The notes beneath the pieces were generated by a model that saw only the letters and a program-made list of their open reading frames with translations, did not search any database and was not told where the DNA came from. From contig VEPG01000056.1 in assembly GCA_012026975.1 (NCBI GenBank), positions 3,871-67,870 of the forward strand: a DNA stretch of 64,000 nucleotides, read 5' to 3'. Origin of the DNA: Desulfuromonas sp. (GTDB taxonomy: Bacteria; Desulfobacterota; Desulfuromonadia; Desulfuromonadales; BM103). The number at the start of each line of letters is the position of its first letter. The first letter of the stretch is position 1. The translations under genes were made by a program, and so were the position numbers. Below are positions 36,508 through 44,705 of the stretch, in pieces.

Positions 36508-36586
36508 ACGATTTTGAAATTCGGTTTCATTTAAATAAGCGACAGCGCCGCGGCTGTCAACATAAAAATGATTATCGTTTTCAAAT
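36508..36586 (-). promoter_or_regulatory. feo promoter with flanking operator-like motifs
   Basis: Minus strand: TTGACA (36555-36560), a 17-nt spacer, then TATTTA (36532-36537). A Fur-box-like AACGATAATCATTTTT lies just upstream (36564-36586). The shared motif ACGATTTTGAAATT (36508-36521) lies just downstream of the -10 element. Confidence 0.55.
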
Positions 36587-36642
36587 ATGGGATGGAGGCT
36601 GGCCGCCCAACAGCGCATTGGCGCCGGCAAGACAACGGCGCC

Positions 36643-37287
36643 CTAAGGCGCCGCGGTATCGGCAATCAGTTCGAACAGCTGGGTTTCATCGTTGAAATTG
36701 TAGATTTCACCGGTTTCGATGAGGTAGTGCCACCCCAGGATCTTCAGCTCACCCCGTTCGTAACGTTCCCGGACATACGGGTAGGTCAGCAGGTTTTTCA
36801 TCTGCACCAGGACGTTGACCTGCTCGGTCAGCCACTCACGCTCCTCGGGCGTGTCGCCGGTCATCAGGCGATCGACCCGTCCCTTGACCTCACGGGATAC
36901 TTCCAGCCACTTGCGCACATGAGGCAGGTGGGCCAGCTCTTCATCCGGCTTGTTCAAGGCGGAACAGCCGCCGCAATTGGAGTGGCCGCAGACCACGATG
37001 GTATCGACCCCGAGGGAGAGCACCGCATACTCGACGGCGCTGGTCGTGGCCACGTACTCCTCGGTGCTGCGATAGGGGGGGACGATGTTGGCGACGTTGC
37101 GGACGATGAACAGCTCGCCCGGCGCACTGCCGGTGATCAGATTGGGCACGACCCTCGAATCGGAACAGCCGATAAAAAGGGTGTGCGGCTTCTGCTGTCG
37201 CCCCAGTTCGCGGAACAACTCCCGGTGCCGCTCGAACTCATCGCGGCGGAACTCCATGATGCCGCGGAACAGCCTGTCCATGCGCAT
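36643..37287 (-). CDS. beta-class carbonic anhydrase
   Basis: Zinc-ligand motifs CSDSR and GHSNCGG. 214 aa. Confidence 0.85.
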   Translation of the reverse strand: MRMDRLFRGIMEFRRDEFERHRELFRELGRQQKPHTLFIGCSDSRVVPNLITGSAPGELFIVRNVANIVPPYRSTEEYVATTSAVEYAVLSLGVDTIVVCGHSNCGGCSALNKPDEELAHLPHVRKWLEVSREVKGRVDRLMTGDTPEEREWLTEQVNVLVQMKNLLTYPYVRERYERGELKILGWHYLIETGEIYNFNDETQLFELIADTAAP

Positions 37288-37296
37288 CCTCCCGGG

Positions 37297-38238
37297 CTAG
37301 GACTTACCCTGCCAACGAATCAATTCCGGGGTGGCATCCGGCGAGACGACCCGGCAAAGACACGCCAACAAGTCGGCAATCAATGGATCCTCGAACCGCC
37401 CCGGGAGCAGGGCCACACTCCGGCCACGGCGATGGTCGAACCCCTCGATGCGCCAGCCAGCCAGCCGCCCTGCCTGCAAATGTTCGCTCACCAGAGTTCG
37501 TGACACGAAGGCAACCCCTTCACCAGCAATCACGGACTCGATGGTAAACCGCAGGTCATCGGAAATCATCACCCCTTCAAAATCGGCAAAATCACGACCA
37601 CTACGGGCAAGGTTGCTCCGCAGCATCTCTTTGGAACTGCAGCCATCGCGACGGGCGAACAACCGGTACCCGGTCAATGCGGAAAGCTCGACGATCCCCC
37701 GGGCAGCGTCGGGCACGGCACCGGCGGGCGCCACCAACAGCAGTTCGTCATCAGGCAGAACGAACCGGTCGAGGCCGGCGAATTCCTGGTCTGGGCAGTG
37801 TTCGAGCACCGCCAGGTCGAATTCCTCGTTACGCAGGCTGCGCAGGGCTTCCAACGGCTGCTGGAAGATGAACTTGAGATCGGCCACATCGGCATGGGCC
37901 CGGATGAAATCGCTGAGCACCTGTGACAGATAGGCCATGCCGAAGGTGGGGGTACAGCAAATCGCCAGGCGCTTGGCGCCGCCGAGCCCTTTCAGACTGT
38001 CGAGCAGTTCCCGCTCCTTGCGCAGGATGTCACGGGCCTTGGCCAGGACCAACTGGCCGGCCGGCGTCAGTTCGAGGGTCGGGCCGGAACGATCGAGCAA
38101 TTGGTGATCATACTGTTCCTCAAGAAACTTGATCCGCTGCGACACGGCCGACTGCGTGATATGCAGCACCTCCGCCGCCCGCGAAAAGCTCCCTTCTTCG
38201 ACTGCGACCACCAGGGTCTTCAGATATCGGGTTTCCAC
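37297..38238 (-). CDS. LysR-family transcriptional regulator
   Basis: N-terminal wHTH FSRAAEVLHITQSAVSQRIKFLEE and a C-terminal substrate-binding fold. 313 aa. Confidence 0.85.
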   Translation of the reverse strand: METRYLKTLVVAVEEGSFSRAAEVLHITQSAVSQRIKFLEEQYDHQLLDRSGPTLELTPAGQLVLAKARDILRKERELLDSLKGLGGAKRLAICCTPTFGMAYLSQVLSDFIRAHADVADLKFIFQQPLEALRSLRNEEFDLAVLEHCPDQEFAGLDRFVLPDDELLLVAPAGAVPDAARGIVELSALTGYRLFARRDGCSSKEMLRSNLARSGRDFADFEGVMISDDLRFTIESVIAGEGVAFVSRTLVSEHLQAGRLAGWRIEGFDHRRGRSVALLPGRFEDPLIADLLACLCRVVSPDATPELIRWQGKS

Positions 38239-38268
38239 AATCCCTACAGAACCTCACTGGAATCTAGT

Positions 38269-38287
38269 GCATAAGCCATCGTTATGC
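38269..38287. promoter_or_regulatory. LTTR-box-type palindrome GCATAA-N7-TTATGC (contains T-N11-A)
   Basis: Perfect 6-bp inverted arms, 31-49 nt upstream of the LysR start, in the divergent intergenic region shared with the decaheme operon. Confidence 0.55.
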
Positions 38288-38474
38288 CGCGCATGAAAAT
38301 GTTTCGTTTTACCCTAGCACCGGAGATGCCTAGCATACAACCCATCGAATTGCCGGCAAGGCATTCCCGTGCCTTTTTTAATCCATTAACGGCGGCAACG
38401 AAAGGAGGCTGGAGCTACCCGCATCATTTTAGCATTTCGTCTTATTTAGGGAGCAAATCGTGAAAGGAGAATCC

Positions 38475-39542
38475 ATGGAACGGAAGTCCAGAATCAGCGC
38501 CTCGAGGCTGGTCAGGATCATTCCCCTGCTGTTGCTCGTCGGTGCCTGCGCCACGGGTGTCATCCGGGAGAAGATTCTGAGTCTGCCACAAATCGAGGGC
38601 GCGACTCCGGTGGGGCAAACCGCCTGCCTGGAGTGCCACGAGGACGCTGGCAAACAGATGGCCAAAAGCGTCCACGGCCGCCTCGCCGAGTTCGAACTGA
38701 TGGGCGGCACCGGCGGCTGCGAAGCCTGCCACGGCCCGGGGAGCAAGCACGTCGCCGCCGGGAAGAACGACCAGATCCTCAAGTTCGGGGAGCTTCTCCC
38801 CGAAGAATCCGCCGCAGTCTGCGCCAAGTGCCACAGCAGCGGCAAACTGATGGAGTGGACCCACGGCGAGCATGCTCTAGCCGATGTGGGTTGCGGCGAT
38901 TGCCACGCCATCCACGGCGGCGAGAAATTCGCCCTGAAAAAGCAGGAGCCGGAGCTCTGCTACGGCTGCCACCAGGAGCAGATGGCCAAGGCCAGCTTCC
39001 CCTCGCACCACCCGATCAAGGAAGGGAAGATGGTCTGTTCCGACTGCCACAATCCGCACGGCGAACTGCAGACCGAAGAACTCGCCCGCGACCTCTGCCT
39101 CGAATGCCACGCTCGCTACCAGGGGCCGTTCGTCTTCGAACACGCTCCGGTCGAGGAGGACTGCTCGATCTGCCACGACCCGCATGGCAGTGTGGCCGAC
39201 AACCTGCTGCTGCAGAACGAGCCGTTCCTCTGCCTGCAGTGCCATGAGAGCCACTTCCACACCACGCGCATCGGCAGCACGACCGCCAGTTCGAACCTGG
39301 CGTTTGACGGCAACCAGCTGCAGGGGACGATCCCGGCCAACGGCACCACCATCGCCGCCTCCGGCGACGGCATCCCCTTTACCAACAGCCACGGTGCGGA
39401 TGGCTGGAAAATGGCTTTTGGCACCAAGTGCACCGTCTGCCACAGCGTGGTGCACGGCTCAGATCTGCCATCGCAGACAACCCCGACCATCGGCAACAAC
39501 GGCCAGGGGTTCCCTGACGGCGGCAAGGGTCTGACCCGCTAG
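38475..39542 (+). CDS. decaheme c-type cytochrome, MtrA/DmsE/PioA-like
   Basis: Ten CXXCH motifs in about 355 aa: CLECH, CEACH, CAKCH, CGDCH, CYGCH, CSDCH, CLECH, CSICH, CLQCH, CTVCH. The signal ends in the lipobox-like LLVGAC. ATG 38475 lies 5 nt after AAAGGAGA; the ORF-track GTG 38460 lies in the RBS. Confidence 0.85.
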   Translation: MERKSRISASRLVRIIPLLLLVGACATGVIREKILSLPQIEGATPVGQTACLECHEDAGKQMAKSVHGRLAEFELMGGTGGCEACHGPGSKHVAAGKNDQILKFGELLPEESAAVCAKCHSSGKLMEWTHGEHALADVGCGDCHAIHGGEKFALKKQEPELCYGCHQEQMAKASFPSHHPIKEGKMVCSDCHNPHGELQTEELARDLCLECHARYQGPFVFEHAPVEEDCSICHDPHGSVADNLLLQNEPFLCLQCHESHFHTTRIGSTTASSNLAFDGNQLQGTIPANGTTIAASGDGIPFTNSHGADGWKMAFGTKCTVCHSVVHGSDLPSQTTPTIGNNGQGFPDGGKGLTR

Positions 39543-39569
39543 ATATCTAATCAGGAAGGAGGAGACAAG

Positions 39570-41504
39570 ATGCGATCTATGCAACGACTGCTGGCGGGTC
39601 TCCTGATCGCCACCGCCCTGCCGGCCGCCGTCTGGGCGGCCGAGGTCACCGGCTCCATCGAGGCCGGGGCCGCGGGGGTGGCGATCAAGGATAGCCCGCT
39701 GCGCGTCAACGAATACTCGACGATCCGTCCCGACGACGGCGGCGGGGCCTACGGCAAAGTGGACCTGAAAAGCCACTCCGGCGGCCTGGCCGTCGATGTC
39801 GAAGCGGATGTCTTCGGCAGCCGCGACCAGAAATACGATCTCGGCATCGACGCCAACCGGATCTTCCGGCTCAGGAGCGATTACCAGAAATATCAGCACT
39901 GGCTGGGCCACGACCAGCTCAACTACCTCGACGCGGCGATCCCGCCGGCCCAGGGCGCCCCGGGCAGCACCGTGACCCTCGGCCCGAACGTTGTCCCAGG
40001 GTTTATCGTCCCGAGCACCTACAACCCGGCCACCGGCCAGGTCACCGTGGGCGGCCCCGCTCCGGGCAATCCGGCCACCGACCAGCAGATCGGCCGCGCC
40101 AGCGTCTACGGCGAGGACCTGACACCGGGGGCGGACTTCAACATCCGTTACAGCGAATGGAAAAACCAGGCCGACATCACCCTGCCGCAGCTGCCGAACC
40201 TGACCTTCCATGCCGGCTACCGCCTGCAGAAGCGCGAGGGGATCGAACAGTCGATCGGCATGAGCAAATGTACCGCCTGCCACATCACCGGGCAGGGGCG
40301 TGACGTCAACGAGGAGACCAAGGACCTGTCTGCCGGGGTCACCGGCCGCTTCGGCCAATTGACCGTCGACTACACCTTTCTGGACCGGGAGTTCCGCGAG
40401 CAGGCCGACACACCGCTGCGCTGGTACGATCCGGCACTGTCCCCGGCCGGCGCATACAATGCTCCCGGCGGGGTGCTGACCGCACGCCCCTTCGACAACC
40501 GGCTCTCCTATGAATATACCGACGGGATGCTGGCCTACGATACGACACCCGACTCGGACAAGCAGAGCCATACGCTCAAGGCCCGCTACGATTTCAGCCG
40601 CGACACCAGCATGGTCGGGAGTTGGGTCCATGCCAAGGTCGACAGCGACAAGAGCAGCGAGCCGGGGATTTTCGTCCTGAACGACGATAATCTCGAAACC
40701 GAGTACGACGGCTATGCCTTCAAGCTCGCCACCAAGCTCCTGCCGCAGCTCAAGCTGACACTGCACGGCAAGCTTGAAGAGATCGACGCCGACGATGTCG
40801 CGCTGACCTATTACACCATCGGCACCCTCGCTCAGGGGAATCTCGGGGGCAATCTGCCGACCAACGCCTTTGCGGCCGGCTACGAAGCACTGGCGGCCCG
40901 CGACATCCTGACCCTCGGCGCCGACGCCCTCTACCGCCTGACGCCGAAATCGTCAGTCAAGCTCGGCTACGAGTATCAAGAGGTCGACCGCGATGCAGAG
41001 GACTACGAGAAGACTACCCGTCACAGCATCGAGGCGACCTACCGGGCCAAATACAGCAAGTCGCTGAGCACCCGCGTCAGCTATCGTTACGAGAACATCG
41101 ACGACCCGCTCCAGCACACCGCCGCGGCCGGCTTCATCAACCCGACCACCGGTCTGCCTTACGCCGGTAATCAGGACCCGACACCAACGATCGGTTCCGG
41201 CAGCCTGTACGGCACGCAGTACTATGATCTGCGCCAGACCGACCTGAGCAATCTGCCGGAAGACATCCACGAAGGGAAGGCCTCGGTGACCTGGTCGCCA
41301 CGGCCGAACCTCTCGGCGACCGTCAGCTATCGGATCAAGCTGGAAGAAAACGACCTCGACCGGTCGACCTGGGAGCAGACGACCCACAGCCCGTCGCTCT
41401 CCCTGTGGTATGCGCCGACCGGTGACTTGAGCTTCACCTTCGCCTACAACTACTTTGCCCAGGCGACGGAGGCCAAGTTCTGCCAGGGCTGGTACGATGG
41501 CTGA
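39570..41504 (+). CDS. MtrB/PioB-family outer-membrane beta-barrel, N-terminal 644 codons ending at an in-frame TGA
   Basis: Signal MRSMQRLLAGLLIATALPAAVWA. Long Tyr/Asp/Gly-rich amphipathic-strand pattern. Directly follows the decaheme gene, with GGAGGAG RBS. Lacks a barrel-type C-terminus. The same frame continues after TGA 41502-41504. Confidence 0.75.
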   Translation: MRSMQRLLAGLLIATALPAAVWAAEVTGSIEAGAAGVAIKDSPLRVNEYSTIRPDDGGGAYGKVDLKSHSGGLAVDVEADVFGSRDQKYDLGIDANRIFRLRSDYQKYQHWLGHDQLNYLDAAIPPAQGAPGSTVTLGPNVVPGFIVPSTYNPATGQVTVGGPAPGNPATDQQIGRASVYGEDLTPGADFNIRYSEWKNQADITLPQLPNLTFHAGYRLQKREGIEQSIGMSKCTACHITGQGRDVNEETKDLSAGVTGRFGQLTVDYTFLDREFREQADTPLRWYDPALSPAGAYNAPGGVLTARPFDNRLSYEYTDGMLAYDTTPDSDKQSHTLKARYDFSRDTSMVGSWVHAKVDSDKSSEPGIFVLNDDNLETEYDGYAFKLATKLLPQLKLTLHGKLEEIDADDVALTYYTIGTLAQGNLGGNLPTNAFAAGYEALAARDILTLGADALYRLTPKSSVKLGYEYQEVDRDAEDYEKTTRHSIEATYRAKYSKSLSTRVSYRYENIDDPLQHTAAAGFINPTTGLPYAGNQDPTPTIGSGSLYGTQYYDLRQTDLSNLPEDIHEGKASVTWSPRPNLSATVSYRIKLEENDLDRSTWEQTTHSPSLSLWYAPTGDLSFTFAYNYFAQATEAKFCQGWYDG

Positions 41505-41528
41505 GCGGGCGTCATCGTATCGTCCCAG

Positions 41529-41933
41529 TTGGGGGCGACCTGTGACACCACCCAGTACGACACCGATGTTCACACCATCAGCCTGGCGGCTGACTACGCC
41601 GCCACCGAGAAACTTGACCTGCGCGCCGCCGTCAGCTTCAGCGATGCCAAGGCCGAGTGGAGCAGCCTGTACATCAACTATCCGGCCGGGGTCACCGATC
41701 CGGTCCTTCTGGAGATGTATGACCCGACCGCCCTGTCGAGCATGACCGACTACTCCGACCTGCACTACCAGCAGACCGAGCTGTCGCTGGGCGGGACCTA
41801 CCAGGTCACGCCGCAGTTCTACGTGGCCGCCCAGGCTGCCTACGAGATCTTCAAGGACAAGGATCCCTACGTCTACGGCGATCTCGATGGCGAGTCCTGG
41901 AACGGTTATCTGGGGGTCGGCTACAAGTTCTAG
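41529..41933 (+). CDS. C-terminal portion of the same MtrB/PioB-like barrel (same frame as 39570-41504)
   Basis: No RBS and no ATG; the ORF track starts it at TTG. Ends ...NGYLGVGYKF with terminal Phe, typical of OM barrels. Only 8 sense codons separate it from the TGA. Confidence 0.6.
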   Translation: MGATCDTTQYDTDVHTISLAADYAATEKLDLRAAVSFSDAKAEWSSLYINYPAGVTDPVLLEMYDPTALSSMTDYSDLHYQQTELSLGGTYQVTPQFYVAAQAAYEIFKDKDPYVYGDLDGESWNGYLGVGYKF

Positions 41934-41961
41934 AACGCAACACGTATTGCCTCATGCCATC

Positions 41962-41994
41962 CGGCCCGGCGGGAAACCGCCGGGCCGTTTTTTT
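41962..41994 (+). terminator. rho-independent terminator after the cytochrome/barrel operon
   Basis: cggcccggcgg, loop gaaa, ccgccgggccg, followed by TTTTTTT. Confidence 0.85.
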
Positions 41995-42041
41995 CGGAAT
42001 TATTTTGCCGCTCCTCGCCATCCATGCTAATTTAAAATGTT

Positions 42042-44615
42042 ATGCGCCAAATTAATCAGCCAATATCGCCCGGCACTCAGCCGCGCCTCGCCGACCTGCT
42101 GCACGTCACCCATCCGGCCCGCTATCTGGGCGGCGAGCGCGGCAGCGTGGTCAAGGACTGGTCCGCGGTCGACGTGACCTTCGCCCTCGCCTTCCCCGAC
42201 GTCTACGAGGTCGGCATGAGCCATCTCGGTTCGGCGATCCTCTACCGGGTTCTGAACGACACGCCGTGGATTGCCGCCGAGCGCGCCTATACCCCCTGGC
42301 CCGATCGCGAGGCTCAGCTGCGCGCCAACGGCGAGCCATTGGCCAGCCTGGAGAACGGGCGGTCCCTGGCGGCCTTCGATCTGGTCGGCTTCTCCCTGCA
42401 GTACGAGCTGAGCTACACCAACGTGCTGACGATGCTCGACCTGGCCGGCATTCCGCGCCGGGCCGCCAATCGCGACGGCCGCCACCCGCTGGTGGTGGTC
42501 GGCGGACCGTGCGCCATGAATCCCGAACCGCTGGCCGATTTCATCGACTGCGCGGTGCTCGGCGATGGTGAAGAGGTGGTGCTGGAGCTGTGTGCGGCCG
42601 TACGGGACGCCAAAACCGCCAACCTCGACCGGGCTGAGCTCCTGGCAAAACTGGCGCGCATTCCCGGCATCTACGTACCGGCGTTTTACGATGCCACCTA
42701 CCGTGCCGACGGACGGATCGCGGCAATTACCCATCGCCCCCCTGCCCCGCCGACGGTGCGCCGGCGCATGGTCGCCGATCTCGACGCGGCACCGTTCCCG
42801 GATGAGCCGATCGTGCCGCTGCTGCAAACCATTCACGACCGGGTTGCGGTCGAGGTGGCCCGCGGCTGCACGCGCGGCTGTCGCTTCTGCCAGGCCGGCT
42901 ATCTCTACCGCCCGGCGCGCGAGCGGCAGCCCGACACCCTGCGCCGGCAGATCGACAACGCCCTGCGCCGCTCCGGCTACGACGAGGTCTCGCTGCTCTC
43001 CCTTTCCACCGGTGACTACACCGCCATCGAGCCGCTGCTGCAGAACCTGATGGGGTGCTACGCCGACCAGAAGGTGGCGGTTTCCCTGCCGAGCCTGCGC
43101 GTCGGCTCGCTGACCCCGGCCCTGATGGAGGAGATCAAAAAGGTCCGCAAGACCGGCTTCACCCTCGCCCCCGAAGCCGGCAGCGAGCGCCTGCGCCAGG
43201 TGATCAACAAGGGGATCACCGAAGAGGATCTGCTGACAGCGTCGAAAACCGCCTTCACCCTCGGCTGGCGCATCATCAAGCTCTACTTCATGATGGGGCT
43301 CCCCACCGAAACCGGGGAGGATCTCGCCGCCCTGGTCGACCTGGCCGCGCGGGTCAAGGCGACCGGCCGCGGCACTCAGGGGGGCGCGGACGTCAACGTC
43401 TCGGTCTCCAACTTCGTCCCCAAGGCGCACACCCCTTTCCAATGGGAGGCACAACTGGGCCGCGAAGCGATCCGCGAGCGCCAGGATTATTTGCGCGAGG
43501 GGCTGAAGAAGCGCCGCCTGCGTCTGAAGTGGCACGAGGCGGAACTGTCCGTGCTGGAGGGGGTATTCGCCCGCGGCGACCGGCGTCTCGGTGCCCTGCT
43601 GGAGCGCGCGGTCGACCTTGGCTGCCGTTTCGACGGCTGGCGCGACCATTTCCGCTGGGATCTCTGGCAGCAGGCACTCCAGGAGACCGGCATCGATCCG
43701 GCTTTCTACCTGCGGGCCCGGCAGAGCGGTGAAGTCCTCCCCTGGGACCATCTCGATGCCGGCGTTTCCAAAGCTTTCCTGCTGCGCGAACGGCAGCACG
43801 CCCTGCTCGGCAAGGCCACGGCCGACTGCCGTTTCGGCCAGTGCAGCGCCTGTGGCGTGTGCGACTTCGAAAAGATCCGCACCCGTCTCGCCGACCGCAC
43901 CCGCCTGCCGGCCGCCGTGGAACCGTCGCGGCCGACCGGCGACGAACTTCCTGCCGACCTGCCCAAGCTGCGCCTGACCGTGCGCAAGGGGGAGCGCGCG
44001 GCCGCGCTCAGCCACCTGGAGTTCATGACCGCCGTCCAGCGAGCGGTCAAGCGCGCCGGTATTCCGGTGCGTTGGTCAGGCGGCTTCCATCCGGCACCGC
44101 GCATCGGCTTCGGCGACGCGCTGCCGCTGGGGGTGGCCAGCGAAGCCGAACTGCTCGATCTCGACCTTGCCGCCCCGTGCGAGGCCGCTGCGGCAATGGC
44201 CGCGCTGAACCGCGAACTGCCGGCCGGGATGGCCGTCCTGGCGGCGCAGCCGATTTCCCGGCGGACACCGTCGGCCGCGGCCAGCCTGGCGACCGCCGTT
44301 TACCGCGTGCCGCTCGCTACGACCGCCCCTGCCGATCTACCGGCACGCGTGGAGGCGTTCCTGGCGGAGGCATCGATCGTCGTCGAACGGATGAAAAAGG
44401 GCCGGCCGATCACGATCGATCTGCGTCCCTGGGTTGCCACGCTGAAGGTGGAACCCGACGCACTCTGGCTGACCCTCAAGAGCGGCAGCCCGCTGCCGGT
44501 CGCGTCACACCTCCTTGGCCTGGTCATCGAGGACGTGCGCGCCCTGGGGGTGTGCAAGACCGCGGTGACCCTGCACGAGCCGGCGACCGATTGCGAAAGC
44601 GGCGCGGGCGGGTAG
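42042..44615 (+). CDS. B12-binding-domain radical SAM protein fused to a DUF2344-type C-terminal domain (TIGR03960 + TIGR03936-like, accessions from memory)
   Basis: Radical-SAM cluster CTRGCRFCQAG with an N-terminal B12-like region. 857 aa. The gene pair with downstream rng is a common arrangement. Confidence 0.7.
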   Translation: MRQINQPISPGTQPRLADLLHVTHPARYLGGERGSVVKDWSAVDVTFALAFPDVYEVGMSHLGSAILYRVLNDTPWIAAERAYTPWPDREAQLRANGEPLASLENGRSLAAFDLVGFSLQYELSYTNVLTMLDLAGIPRRAANRDGRHPLVVVGGPCAMNPEPLADFIDCAVLGDGEEVVLELCAAVRDAKTANLDRAELLAKLARIPGIYVPAFYDATYRADGRIAAITHRPPAPPTVRRRMVADLDAAPFPDEPIVPLLQTIHDRVAVEVARGCTRGCRFCQAGYLYRPARERQPDTLRRQIDNALRRSGYDEVSLLSLSTGDYTAIEPLLQNLMGCYADQKVAVSLPSLRVGSLTPALMEEIKKVRKTGFTLAPEAGSERLRQVINKGITEEDLLTASKTAFTLGWRIIKLYFMMGLPTETGEDLAALVDLAARVKATGRGTQGGADVNVSVSNFVPKAHTPFQWEAQLGREAIRERQDYLREGLKKRRLRLKWHEAELSVLEGVFARGDRRLGALLERAVDLGCRFDGWRDHFRWDLWQQALQETGIDPAFYLRARQSGEVLPWDHLDAGVSKAFLLRERQHALLGKATADCRFGQCSACGVCDFEKIRTRLADRTRLPAAVEPSRPTGDELPADLPKLRLTVRKGERAAALSHLEFMTAVQRAVKRAGIPVRWSGGFHPAPRIGFGDALPLGVASEAELLDLDLAAPCEAAAAMAALNRELPAGMAVLAAQPISRRTPSAAASLATAVYRVPLATTAPADLPARVEAFLAEASIVVERMKKGRPITIDLRPWVATLKVEPDALWLTLKSGSPLPVASHLLGLVIEDVRALGVCKTAVTLHEPATDCESGAGG

Positions 44616-44705
44616 TCTATATTAAAATTTAACGCGGAGCACCCTGAGCAGCGGATGCGCTGGCGTTCCCCCATTTCGAATTACAGTTTTTGAAGGAGCT
44701 GCAAC

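Noticed and set aside
41492-41520. Hairpin around the TGA as a programmed frameshift site
   Set aside because: The upstream and downstream ORFs are in the same frame, so no frameshift is needed. There is no slippery heptamer. The site is kept only as a stop-codon recoding or pseudogene question.
42027-44015. 662-aa minus-strand ORF opposite the radical-SAM gene
   Set aside because: It is a shadow ORF. The plus frame has the CxxxCxxC radical-SAM cluster and continues into a known fusion architecture upstream of rng.
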